NCBI GenBank assembly: GCA_964552205.1
Contig: CAZKFT010000003.1
Location: 35,016-99,015, forward strand
DNA length: 64,000 nt
Direction of reading: 5' to 3'
Source: an uncultured Gammaproteobacteria bacterium
GTDB taxonomy: Bacteria; Pseudomonadota; Gammaproteobacteria; Natronospirales; JAIVGZ01
Position numbers and translations under genes: made by a program. The notes beneath the pieces are model-generated. The model was given only the letters and a program-made list of their open reading frames with translations. It ran no database searches and was not told where the DNA came from. Positions 1 to 8,720 of the stretch are shown here, one piece after another; within the stretch, counting starts at the first letter, position 1, and every line of letters starts with the position of its first letter.

Positions 1-168
1 CAGATCCGCGCGCTTGATGCGTGAACCCGTGACTTCGACGCGGCCTTCTGTGGCCGTGGCGCCGTCCTGGGCAAACGCAACGCCGGCACCGGTGGTCATA
101 CCAGCGGCAAGCGCCAGTGACACCGAGGTCCGGAGCGCATTGGCTCGGAAAGAGTGTGTTTTCTGCAT
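1..168 (-). CDS. TonB-dependent receptor, N-terminal fragment (gene continues off the left edge)
   Basis: Not in ORF track (<60 aa). Reverse translation from ATG 168-166 gives MQKTHSFRANALRTSVSLALAAGMTTGAGVAFAQDGATATEGRVEVTGSRIKRADL. This is a signal peptide (AFA/QD) followed by the VEVTGSRIKR plug-domain start typical of TonB-dependent receptors. Confidence 0.7.
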   Translation of the reverse strand, partial: MQKTHSFRANALRTSVSLALAAGMTTGAGVAFAQDGATATEGRVEVTGSRIKRADL

Positions 169-388
169 GAGTAGTTATCCCCTCAAAGTGGTGTGAGACT
201 ACGTATAGCGTTTCAGCAACGGTTGTTGCATGAACCCCGATTCTCTGCGCATGAGCTATAGAAACAATACATATGCAACCAAAGGCGCATAATCGACCGT
301 CAGCGGCAGAAAAACCGCGGTTAACGGGTGGCAAATTGGACTGTCATGTCCGCTACCACACCCCAGTGTACCCCAAAAGCAACACACT

Positions 389-1138
389 TCAGGTCAGGGA
401 ACGGTATAAACGATGCAGCAACTCGCTACGCCGCCGGCTCATGCGCAGGGTAGTGCCATCTTTGAGCGTCACGGTGTACTCGCCGCGGAACATCGGCTCG
501 AAGGACAGGATGCGGTCTATATTCACAATGGTCGAGCGGTGGATGCGCACGAAGCGATCTGACGGCAAGGTTTCCTCCAAGGCTTGCATGGTCTGTCTAA
601 TCAGGTAGGCCTTGCCCTCTACATGCAGTTTCACGTAGTACTCGTCCGCCTCCACCCAATCTATCTCATCGAACTGGAAGGCACGAATGGTGTCACCAAC
701 TCTGACAGTAAATCGCTCGGGGTTCTTTTTCAGATGCCGCGCCATAGTGTTCGCGGCGAGCGCGGTGCGAGCACGCTCGAGCGCTGTTATGAAGCGCTCC
801 TCGACGACTGGCTTGAGGATATAGTCGATGGCATTGACATCGAACGCAGCGAGCGCAAACCGCTCATTTGCCGCCATGAAGATGACGGCCGGCATGAGTT
901 CAGGGCCAATCTTGCTTGCAACCTCGATGCCGCTCAGGTTCGACAGCTGAACCTCCATCAGGACGAGGTCCGGGTGCAGCAGACGAATCTTCTCCACGGC
1001 GGATTTGCCATCCGCCGCTTCCCCCACCACGGTAAACCCAGAACGCCCAGCCACCATTTTCCGTAGGCTCTCGCGCGACGGGTCATCGGAATCTACCAGC
1101 AAGACCCGAATCTGGATGTCGTTCATTGTTTCAGGCAT
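389..1138 (-). CDS. LytTR-family response regulator with atypical receiver domain
   Basis: 249-aa ORF with a receiver domain (IRVLLVDSDD, YILKP) and a C-terminal LytTR domain (DEIDWVEADEYYVKLHV, FVRIHRSTIVNIDRI). An alternative ATG at 1126 gives an ATGA overlap with the upstream gene stop (1123-1125). Confidence 0.85.
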   Translation of the reverse strand: MPETMNDIQIRVLLVDSDDPSRESLRKMVAGRSGFTVVGEAADGKSAVEKIRLLHPDLVLMEVQLSNLSGIEVASKIGPELMPAVIFMAANERFALAAFDVNAIDYILKPVVEERFITALERARTALAANTMARHLKKNPERFTVRVGDTIRAFQFDEIDWVEADEYYVKLHVEGKAYLIRQTMQALEETLPSDRFVRIHRSTIVNIDRILSFEPMFRGEYTVTLKDGTTLRMSRRRSELLHRLYRSLT

Positions 1139-1788
1139 AACGTCAGACCGTCGCCAATGGGCACCAGACTGATATCCACCCGTTCATCGCCCAACAGCTT
1201 CTCGTTCAAGGACCGAATGGCCACGGTGTCCGTATCGGTGACATCGTTGTCCGCCACCTTTCCGTCCCACAGGGTGTTGTCAAAGGCAACCACCCCACCA
1301 GGTTTCACCAAGTCAATGGCCCGCTCGAAATAGCGATCGTAATTGGATTTGTCGGCGTCAATGAAAATGAAATCGAAATCCCGGGTCTGGTGCTTGTCAT
1401 GCAGCAGCGCGTCCAAGGTTTCCAAGGCTGGCGCTATTCGCAGATCGATGCACTTTTCGACATCGGCTTCTTTCCAGTACTTTTTCGCGATATCGGTGTA
1501 CTCCTTACTGGTATCGCAACAGACCAGCAACCCATCTTCTGGCATGGCCAGCGCTATGGCCAAACTGGAATAGCCGGTGAAGGTGCCAACCTCAATACAT
1601 CGCCGGGCACCCATCAGCCGCACCAAAAGGGACATGAACTGCCCCTGCTCCGGCGCGATCTGCATGTTGTGCTCCGGCATGGCCATGGTTTCCTCGCGCA
1701 ATCGGCGCATCACCGCAGGCTCACGCAGGGAAGCGGCCAGCAGATAGTCGTACAGGCGCTGGTCAACATTGAGGGTGCGATTGCTCAT
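1123..1788 (-). CDS. class I SAM-dependent O-methyltransferase (caffeoyl-CoA OMT-like)
   Basis: ORF 1123..1905 trimmed to ATG 1788 (MSNRTLNVDQRLYDYLL). It has the SAM-binding motif IEVGTFTGYSSL, FIFIDADK and DNTLWDG, typical of the cation-dependent OMT family. Confidence 0.85.
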   Translation of the reverse strand: MSNRTLNVDQRLYDYLLAASLREPAVMRRLREETMAMPEHNMQIAPEQGQFMSLLVRLMGARRCIEVGTFTGYSSLAIALAMPEDGLLVCCDTSKEYTDIAKKYWKEADVEKCIDLRIAPALETLDALLHDKHQTRDFDFIFIDADKSNYDRYFERAIDLVKPGGVVAFDNTLWDGKVADNDVTDTDTVAIRSLNEKLLGDERVDISLVPIGDGLTLCLKQ

Positions 1789-1805
1789 CCGCGTATGATG
1801 CCACC

Positions 1806-2567
1806 ATGGAAGACGCTGGCGCACTCCGCATCGTGCAATTGACCGATCTTCATCTCCGTGGGGAGCGGGGAACGCCTTTGCGGGGCGTGGATACAGACGC
1901 CACACTGCGCGCTGTACTCGCGGAAATCACCTCCACTGGTCTGCCTGACCTGTTCCTGTTGACCGGCGACTTGTCGGAAGACCCGGTCCACGAGGCCTAT
2001 GAGCGGGTCAGGGACCTCGTAGGCATTACCGGGGTCCCGGCATGGTGCTTGCCGGGCAATCACGACGACGCCGAGCTGATGCGGCGAGAGCTCAACCGCG
2101 ATGGGCTGGCGACACCGCGCGCGCGCAGGGTGAACGGCTGGTTGCTCATGCTTCTGGATAGCACCGTACCTGGCAAGACCGCCGGTGAACTCGGAACTGC
2201 GGAGCTGGCAGCGCTCGCGGATACCCTGGCGAGCTACCCCGACGAACCCACCCTGCTTGCCCTGCACCATCCCCCGGTAGCCTTGGGCAGCCGTTGGGTG
2301 GATGAACTGGGGCTTGTCGATGCTGAGGCCTTCTTCGAAATCCTGGACGCGAATCCGCAGGTGCGAGCAGTCATCTGGGGCCATGCGCACCAAGCGTGGG
2401 AAGGTCGCTGGGAAGATACGCTTTTGCTGGGCACACCCAGCACCTGCATGCAATTCCTGCCGGGCTCGGATGAGTTTGCCATCGATACCAAGCCACCTGG
2501 ATGGCGATGGCTGGAGCTCTACCCCGACGGACGCGTCACCACGCGGGTGGGATGGCTAGACCGGTAA
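1806..2567 (+). CDS. cpdA: 3',5'-cyclic-nucleotide phosphodiesterase (CpdA/Icc-type metallophosphoesterase)
   Basis: 253 aa with metallophosphoesterase motifs QLTDLHL, LTGDLSED, GNHDD, LHHPP and GHAH. Confidence 0.8.
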   Translation: MEDAGALRIVQLTDLHLRGERGTPLRGVDTDATLRAVLAEITSTGLPDLFLLTGDLSEDPVHEAYERVRDLVGITGVPAWCLPGNHDDAELMRRELNRDGLATPRARRVNGWLLMLLDSTVPGKTAGELGTAELAALADTLASYPDEPTLLALHHPPVALGSRWVDELGLVDAEAFFEILDANPQVRAVIWGHAHQAWEGRWEDTLLLGTPSTCMQFLPGSDEFAIDTKPPGWRWLELYPDGRVTTRVGWLDR

Positions 2568-4982
2568 GCGACGACGCCAAAGGGCGAGAGCGACCAAGGC
2601 CAGCAGGAACAGCCATCCCGTTTTCCCTCCGCCTCCGCTTGGCGGCGGGGGCGGTGGTGGTGGTGGAGGGGGTGGTGGAGGCGGCCCCATCACCGCGCCG
2701 CGGATGGTGACTTCAGCGGTAGAACCCGCCACGCTGGCGCCCAGCTCATTGTCCAGATGTACGGTGAATTGACGGCCCGTTTCAATACCTTGGCCAAGCA
2801 AGGGGATTTCAATGACCCGCGCACTGGCATCTCCGTCTGACCACGCCAAGGACCCGCTGCTGGCCACAAAATCCGACCCCGCATGGGCGGTGCCGGGTTC
2901 TGTCCGGTAGTCGACACTCACCGCACCCTGAGCGCTGCCGCTCCGGCGGACCACCACCAGCGCTCGGCCGGATGCGGCCAGCACTTCCGGCGCCGATTGC
3001 AGAAAATCCAAGGAGGCACCCGCGCCGGCATCCAGATAAACGCTCGCGATGCCGTGAGCGCCCAGGGTCGCCCCGCCCACCGGGTCGAACAGGCGAACAA
3101 AGAATCGGCCGAATGAGCCATCACCAGTCGCGATGGGGAGCGGGATATGTCGGAAACTCGCGTCGCCGGCAGGCCAGTCGAGTCGGCCACGCGCTGCCAC
3201 GACATCGGCGTCATCCGTCGTGCCATGAATCACTTCCCAACCCACCGACACCGCGTCGGTGGTACCGCCGACTCTCGCCACCGGAACCTGTGCGGTCGTG
3301 CCGCGACTGAAAGCAAAGCTCCGGCCGTCGAAGCCGAGTTGGCCCTGTGCGCTGGTGCGGGTGGCATCTTCCAGTACGAACAAACCACCTTGAATATCGC
3401 TTATCAGGATGTTGCGGCTCGGCAAATAGGGATACACCCCCCAAGCACCACTGAACGACGATGCGTTGGACACCGGGAACGTATCAAAGAACCCGACCTC
3501 CACAGGGGTTGCCGGGTTGGTAATGTCCAGCACTGTCAACCCACGGGCATAGTTGCTGATGTAATAACGGTTGCCCCGCGGATAGCCGTTGTGATCGATG
3601 GCTCCAGTCGGACCTGACCACGTCCCGGCCTGCGTCGGCGCGGTGAGGTCGGAGACATCGAACACATACATACGCGTCGTGAGCCCGAGGTCGCGCTCGT
3701 CGAGCTCGTCATGTGCGAATACATAACGGCCATCCTCTGACCACGATCCGGAGTGCACATAACGCGTGGTCGCATAGCTGGTCGAGGCGAGCCGGACCGG
3801 AAGGTCTGACCGGGTGATGTCCCAGAGGTCCACGGTGTCCTCGTTGAAGTCCGCAAACACTTCACACAGCGTTGTTGCATTAGGACATGCGACAATCTGC
3901 GCGGGGTTGTGCAGCACCATCGGCGTACCGTCGTGGATATAGCCGAACGCACCCTGAGACAACAAAGCAGGATTGGTTGGATTCGCCAGGGAAAAAGCGC
4001 GAAAGCCACCTTGGTTGAGGTTGCTTCCCGCCTGTATGGCCACCGGCTCGCGCCCTGGCAAGGAAATGTTGAGCGAAAAATCCACGCCTGCCATGGCGAG
4101 GTTGTGCGCGCGAAGGTCCGGGGTGGTGCTGCCCACGAAGCGGATGGCGTTCGGAAGATCCGACAGGTCCACCACCATGAGACGGTCGGCTACCGCATCG
4201 GCAGTCACATAAGCCCAGGCCTGCCAGCGACCGGCGCTCGCATCCCAAGTCTGCAAAACCTTGATGTCCCGCCAGCCTGTAACCGTCCCAGCGATGGTGC
4301 CGACTTCGCGTGGCTGCGTCGGATCGGTGACATCCACGACCACCATCCCGTTGCGCAGCCCCACGAGCGCGTATTCGCGCTCGGTGTTGAGGTCCACGAA
4401 TCCCCACACATCGTTCGCACCACTCGGGCTGGAGCTCATTCCACTTAGCGCCAACTGCGACAACAGGTTGATGTTCTGGCACTCAAACCCAGCGGCGGAG
4501 CCACCAGAACAAGTCGCCGGACCCGAGTTGGACTTCACCACGGACAACAATCCATCGAGAAGTTCGGGATCGGCACCTTGCCCGGTGCCGGTCCACTTTT
4601 CATCCACAATGACTTGGAAGCCGCGGGCCTCAAGCGACTCACGCAGAGAAGCCGGTACGCCGATGATGAGCGTCGGGTGCTGCGCGGCGTCGTGGTGGTG
4701 GAAGTCGGTGCTGTACCCGCCGCGCAGAATGGCGGACGCATCGGTCAGGTAGAACAAGTCCTCGAGCGTGTCGATGAAGTAACTCCCTTCGGACACGCGC
4801 ACTTCGCCGCCTTTGCCAGCCTGTCCCGCAGCGTAGCCAATGGTTCTGCAGGGCGCATGGGTATGGTCGCAGGCGCCAGCATCCGTCCCGGTGTCGGCAA
4901 GGTAGCGGATATCGTCTTCGCCATGGCCCAAAACCGGGCCTGCGAATACGATCCCCAACAATACGATGCGAAGCTTGGTCAT
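2556..4982 (-). CDS. secreted LVIVD-repeat / Calx-beta protein with Pro15 linker and GlyGly-CTERM-like anchor
   Basis: ORF 2556..5018 trimmed to ATG 4982 (MTKLRIVLLGIVFAGPVLG signal). LVIVD-type repeats are present (MVVVDVTDP, LMVVDLSDL, VYVFDVSDL, LTVLDITNP). There are two Calx-beta-like modules (GRLDWPAGDASFRHIPLP; GTAHAGSDFVASSGSLAWSDGDASARVIEIPL). The C-terminus is P15-SGGGGKTGWLFLLALVALALWRRR. Confidence 0.8.
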   Translation of the reverse strand: MTKLRIVLLGIVFAGPVLGHGEDDIRYLADTGTDAGACDHTHAPCRTIGYAAGQAGKGGEVRVSEGSYFIDTLEDLFYLTDASAILRGGYSTDFHHHDAAQHPTLIIGVPASLRESLEARGFQVIVDEKWTGTGQGADPELLDGLLSVVKSNSGPATCSGGSAAGFECQNINLLSQLALSGMSSSPSGANDVWGFVDLNTEREYALVGLRNGMVVVDVTDPTQPREVGTIAGTVTGWRDIKVLQTWDASAGRWQAWAYVTADAVADRLMVVDLSDLPNAIRFVGSTTPDLRAHNLAMAGVDFSLNISLPGREPVAIQAGSNLNQGGFRAFSLANPTNPALLSQGAFGYIHDGTPMVLHNPAQIVACPNATTLCEVFADFNEDTVDLWDITRSDLPVRLASTSYATTRYVHSGSWSEDGRYVFAHDELDERDLGLTTRMYVFDVSDLTAPTQAGTWSGPTGAIDHNGYPRGNRYYISNYARGLTVLDITNPATPVEVGFFDTFPVSNASSFSGAWGVYPYLPSRNILISDIQGGLFVLEDATRTSAQGQLGFDGRSFAFSRGTTAQVPVARVGGTTDAVSVGWEVIHGTTDDADVVAARGRLDWPAGDASFRHIPLPIATGDGSFGRFFVRLFDPVGGATLGAHGIASVYLDAGAGASLDFLQSAPEVLAASGRALVVVRRSGSAQGAVSVDYRTEPGTAHAGSDFVASSGSLAWSDGDASARVIEIPLLGQGIETGRQFTVHLDNELGASVAGSTAEVTIRGAVMGPPPPPPPPPPPPPPPSGGGGKTGWLFLLALVALALWRRRLPV

Positions 4983-5002
4983 GGATGCGGTATAACAGCC
5001 CG

Positions 5003-5869
5003 ATGAGACTCCGCTCAATCATAACCGTTCTGGCACTGGCACTGCTCACCCCTTGGGCGCAGGCCGCGGGCTTGGGTTGGCGGGTCAGCGACGGCGCCGG
5101 TAACCACCTGTACCTGGTTGGCACGGTCCACGCCGCGACCAAGGACATGTATCCACTCCCGGAACCGATTACCGCTGCATTCGAGTCTGCACGGATTCTG
5201 GTACTTGAGGTGGACCCGCGAAACCTGAACCAGCGCGAGATGGAGCGTTTGGTGCGACGCTACGGGATGCTGTCCAACCGTGAGTCGCTCAGGGACTTGC
5301 TGCCGGAGGAGACCTGGAGCCGCTTGGTCGCGTGGGGCCAACGGGTTTCCCTGTCTCCGGGCCAGCTCAACAGAATGAAACCCTGGCTGGCCACGACCAC
5401 GCTGGTGTCGGTGGAGCTTGCAAGTATCGGCGTGGACAGGGCCTTGGGTATGGAGCCCTGGTTGACGGAGCGCGCCATCGAGCGCGGAATGCAGATTCAG
5501 CAGCTGGAGACTGCCGAAGAGCAGATTGCCATGCTTGGCGGTCTGCCCATGGAGGCGCAGGTTGCCTTTCTAGAGAATTCGATACTTGACGCTGAAGAAT
5601 TCAGCGAGTCTGTGGGCGAGTTACTGGGCGCTTGGCGTGACGGCAATCTAGGCGCCATGGCTGCGCTCCTGGCAGATGCTTATGCCGAACAGCCCTTGCT
5701 GTACGAGGTGATGATTGCCGCCAGAAACCATCGCTGGATGAAAGCCATAGGGCCGATGCTGGCCTCCGGGCAGATCCACTATGTGGCCGTGGGTGCCCTG
5801 CACCTGGTCGGGCCCGACGGATTGGTGGCACTTCTGCTGGAGGCCGGGATGGTGGTGGAGCGACTTTAG
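5003..5869 (+). CDS. TraB/GumN family protein (periplasmic)
   Basis: ORF 4985..5869. ATG 5003 gives the signal peptide [30 protein letters not shown] and [15 protein letters not shown] are motifs typical of the TraB/GumN family. Confidence 0.75.
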   Translation: MRLRSIITVLALALLTPWAQAAGLGWRVSDGAGNHLYLVGTVHAATKDMYPLPEPITAAFESARILVLEVDPRNLNQREMERLVRRYGMLSNRESLRDLLPEETWSRLVAWGQRVSLSPGQLNRMKPWLATTTLVSVELASIGVDRALGMEPWLTERAIERGMQIQQLETAEEQIAMLGGLPMEAQVAFLENSILDAEEFSESVGELLGAWRDGNLGAMAALLADAYAEQPLLYEVMIAARNHRWMKAIGPMLASGQIHYVAVGALHLVGPDGLVALLLEAGMVVERL

Positions 5870-6030
5870 ATCTGGATCATCTCGAAGTCCTCCTTACCGG
5901 CGTCGCAATCCGGGCAACGCCAGTTGAGAGGAACGTCATCCCACCGGGTTCCGGGTTCGATACCGCTCTCGGGGTGACCTTCTGATTCGTGATAGACAAA
6001 ACCACAGATGACACACATGTAGGAATTCAT
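5866..6030 (-). CDS. rubredoxin
   Basis: Not in ORF track (54 aa). Hand translation gives [54 protein letters not shown]. It has the two CxxCG/CPxC iron-binding knuckles and the conserved W/F core of rubredoxins. Confidence 0.9.
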   Translation of the reverse strand: MNSYMCVICGFVYHESEGHPESGIEPGTRWDDVPLNWRCPDCDAGKEDFEMIQI

Positions 6031-6046
6031 CGGGCGATTTTACGAC

Positions 6047-6847
6047 ATGCGCGACATAACAACACCACCCACTGTCCTGGCCATTTCCGGCAATGACCCT
6101 TCCGGTGGCGCAGGTATCCTTGCTGACATCGAGGCCATCATCTCGATGGGCGCCCATGCGGCACCCGTCATCACAACCCTGACGGTTCAGGACACGCGCA
6201 ATGCCTGGCGGGTCGAACCGCTGGACCCCGATCTGGTCGTCGAACAGGCGGAGGCCGTACTGGCCGATCTGGAGGTCAAATCCATCAAACTTGGCTTGCT
6301 GGGTAGCGTGGACATCGCACACGCCGTCGCTGGCTTGCTCGCACGCCACCCCGGCATTCCTGTGGTCCTGGACCCGGTGCTGATTGCGGGGGGTGGCGCG
6401 AAACTGGCGGAAACCAGCATCACCACCGTGATGTTGGACGAATTGATGCCGCTGGCCACGCTGGTGACACCCAACAGCGACGAAGCGCGCGCCTTGGCCC
6501 CATCGGCTACAGATTTGGAGGGGTGTGCACGGCACATGCTGGATTGCGGCGCAGGATGGGTACTGCTCAAGGGGGCTCACGAGCAAACCGCGACCGTGGT
6601 GAACCGCCTGTACGGGAGTGATGGCACCGTCGTTTCGCATGAGTGGGAACGGCTGCCCCATGACTTCCATGGTTCCGGTTGCACCTTGGCCTCCGCACTC
6701 GCTGGATTGCTGGCTAACGGTGTCGCTGTGACCGAGGCGAACGAACGCGCGCAACGATATGTGCAGTCGACACTCGTCCACGCATTACACATCGGGCGTG
6801 GCCAACCGATTCCCAACCGCCTGTTCTGGGCCAAGCGACCAGAGTGA
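6047..6847 (+). CDS. thiD: hydroxymethylpyrimidine/phosphomethylpyrimidine kinase
   Basis: 266 aa with VLAISGNDPSGGAGILADI, LVTPNSDEA and GSGCTLASA, motifs of ThiD. Confidence 0.92.
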   Translation: MRDITTPPTVLAISGNDPSGGAGILADIEAIISMGAHAAPVITTLTVQDTRNAWRVEPLDPDLVVEQAEAVLADLEVKSIKLGLLGSVDIAHAVAGLLARHPGIPVVLDPVLIAGGGAKLAETSITTVMLDELMPLATLVTPNSDEARALAPSATDLEGCARHMLDCGAGWVLLKGAHEQTATVVNRLYGSDGTVVSHEWERLPHDFHGSGCTLASALAGLLANGVAVTEANERAQRYVQSTLVHALHIGRGQPIPNRLFWAKRPE

Positions 6848-7449
6848 TGGATGCTCGCCTCGCGGGGCTTTACGCCGTTACCGCTGGCGCACGCCCGGAT
6901 GCCGACTTGCCCACGCAGGTCGGAGCCGCACTGAGAGGCGGCGCCAGAATCATCCAGTACCGCGACAAGGGTACGGACACTGACCGCCGTTTGGACGAAG
7001 CACGGCAATTGCGGGCGCTCTGTACAGCGGCTGGCGCGCTGTTCTTCGTGAATGATGATGTGGCACTTGCCTGCAAAGTGGGTGCGGATGGTGTGCATCT
7101 GGGCGAGGACGATGACGATCCTCCCAAGAGCGCGCTGCTGGTGGGTGTCTCCTGCTATGACTCGCTGGAGCGAGCCGTGCAGGCGCAAGCGGATGGTGCG
7201 GACTATGTTGCGTTTGGTGCGTTCTTTCCCTCCCCCACCAAACCGCATGCACGCAGGGCGTCGGTCGCGCTATTGAAGGAGGCGCGCGCCACACTGCACA
7301 TTCCCATCTGCGTCATCGGAGGAATAACCGCGACCAATGGCCGGCCGCTGGTTGAGTCAGGAGCCGACATGGTTGCCGTCTCCAGCGCGCTATTCACCCG
7401 AACGGACATCGAATCCGCCACCCGCGAATTGATGGCGTTATGGGAGTGA
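6847..7449 (+). CDS. thiE: thiamine-phosphate synthase
   Basis: ORF from GTG 6844/ATG 6847 overlaps the thiD stop. IIQYRDK, GADGVHLG, DYVAFGAFFPSPTK and IGGI are typical of ThiE. Confidence 0.9.
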   Translation: MDARLAGLYAVTAGARPDADLPTQVGAALRGGARIIQYRDKGTDTDRRLDEARQLRALCTAAGALFFVNDDVALACKVGADGVHLGEDDDDPPKSALLVGVSCYDSLERAVQAQADGADYVAFGAFFPSPTKPHARRASVALLKEARATLHIPICVIGGITATNGRPLVESGADMVAVSSALFTRTDIESATRELMALWE

Positions 7450-8673
7450 CTTTCCGTAGGTCAGCGTTCTCCATACCCACTCCATCGGCCCCATCCGGAA
7501 GCGGCTCAGCCACCAGGCACTGAACCACATTTGGCCACCGTACAGGACGAGTGCCAATGCGGTTGCGCCCGCCCGTCCGATGTCACCGTAGAACCCAAGT
7601 CCGTAACCGTAGAAGAACAATGTGAACACAATCGAGTGTGTGAGGTAATTGGTCAGCGCCATACGACCGAGCGGTGCAAGGTGCACAGTCCATGCTCGAC
7701 CAAGACGAACCAGAGTTGCCAGCGTTCCCACATACGCCAGACACAAGGCAAGGCTGGCAATGTTGTTGACCATCACAAGCGAGGTGTTGCGCGGAGTCGG
7801 GAAAGTCATGTCCACATCCATGCCGTTGAATCCCCACACCAAGGCCAGAGGCAAGCCGATGCCGTACCCGAAGAGCATCATGCGTTTGAAGAGTCGCGCG
7901 TTGCCTGCGAGATCAGCGAAGACCCCTGCGCGCCCCAAGGATGCGCCGATGAGGAACAGACCCAGAATCATGGGCACGAAGAACAGCACACCACCGCCCA
8001 TATACAGGGACCTCCACTCATGGATGCGCCACTGCACAACCTCCCAATACCCGCCTGTGGCGTAAATGACCTCCCCACGAGCGACATCGGCCAACAGCGC
8101 AGCGCGATTGTCGGCGAACCCTGCCAGCAACTCGGCACCACCATCGGGTGCCATCTGGGCACCTATGACCCCCAGCGTCCCCAGCCACATCAGCAGTATC
8201 GGCACCAGCCAGAATGCCAGGCCCCACTTCCACAGTCGGCTCGCGGGCGTCTTGACGAAGAACAGCAACAAGAAACCGACCATTGCATAGGTGTGGAGAA
8301 TGTCGCCGCCCCAGATGAGAAAGCAGTGCGCGAAGCCGATGACCAGCAACACCAGCAGGCGCCGCGCGAACAAGCTCCGCCCACCCACGCCACGGCGGAT
8401 GGCACGGTCCAGAAAAATAACGAAGCCCAATCCGAACAACAGCGAGAACATCGTATAGAACTTGCCCTGGACAAAAACGAACGAGAACCAAGCCACTGCA
8501 AAGTCCAAGCCGGTCTGGCTGCTGTCGAAGCCGACCATGATGCCCTGCAGCGGCCGCTGGAAGAACTCGATGTTCATCAGCAGGATGCCGAGCAATGCAA
8601 AGCCGCGGATGATGTCGAGTACATGCATGCGCTCGTCGGCCTGAATCGGCCCGAGCTGGTTGGAATCGTTCAT
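7438..8673 (-). CDS. DUF418 (YeiB-like) inner-membrane protein
   Basis: 411 aa and polytopic. The N-terminal ERMHVLDIIRGFALLGILLMNIEFF and C-terminal GPMEWVWR motifs are characteristic of DUF418/YeiB proteins. Confidence 0.75.
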   Translation of the reverse strand: MNDSNQLGPIQADERMHVLDIIRGFALLGILLMNIEFFQRPLQGIMVGFDSSQTGLDFAVAWFSFVFVQGKFYTMFSLLFGLGFVIFLDRAIRRGVGGRSLFARRLLVLLVIGFAHCFLIWGGDILHTYAMVGFLLLFFVKTPASRLWKWGLAFWLVPILLMWLGTLGVIGAQMAPDGGAELLAGFADNRAALLADVARGEVIYATGGYWEVVQWRIHEWRSLYMGGGVLFFVPMILGLFLIGASLGRAGVFADLAGNARLFKRMMLFGYGIGLPLALVWGFNGMDVDMTFPTPRNTSLVMVNNIASLALCLAYVGTLATLVRLGRAWTVHLAPLGRMALTNYLTHSIVFTLFFYGYGLGFYGDIGRAGATALALVLYGGQMWFSAWWLSRFRMGPMEWVWRTLTYGKSLP

Positions 8674-8720
8674 TGCGCCCTCCCCAAGGGACAGTGACCT
8701 TTCGGTAGAATACCCGACCT

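Noticed and set aside
169-388. A lower-GC 220-bp region upstream of the TonB-dependent receptor, examined for a Fur box, a cobalamin riboswitch or a TPP riboswitch.
   Set aside because: I could not find a convincing 19-bp Fur palindrome, a B12 box or THI-box core elements by eye. Only a weak 5-bp hairpin (GCAAC-GGTT-GTTGC) is present. This needs cmsearch or a PWM scan to settle.
7531-8697. Very long antisense ORFs opposite real genes: 7531..8697 (388 aa), 16665..17783 (372 aa), 23846..24874 (342 aa) and 39917..41407 (496 aa). Also 43433..44632 (399 aa), 48630..49721 (363 aa) and 52122..53024 (300 aa).
   Set aside because: In high-GC genomes stop codons are rare on the antisense strand of genes with GC-rich third positions. 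These ORFs have Arg/Gly/His/Gln-rich junk composition and no recognisable motifs. Each fully overlaps a gene with unambiguous homology (DUF418, M49 peptidase, trpB, glnE, groEL, accC, dusB).
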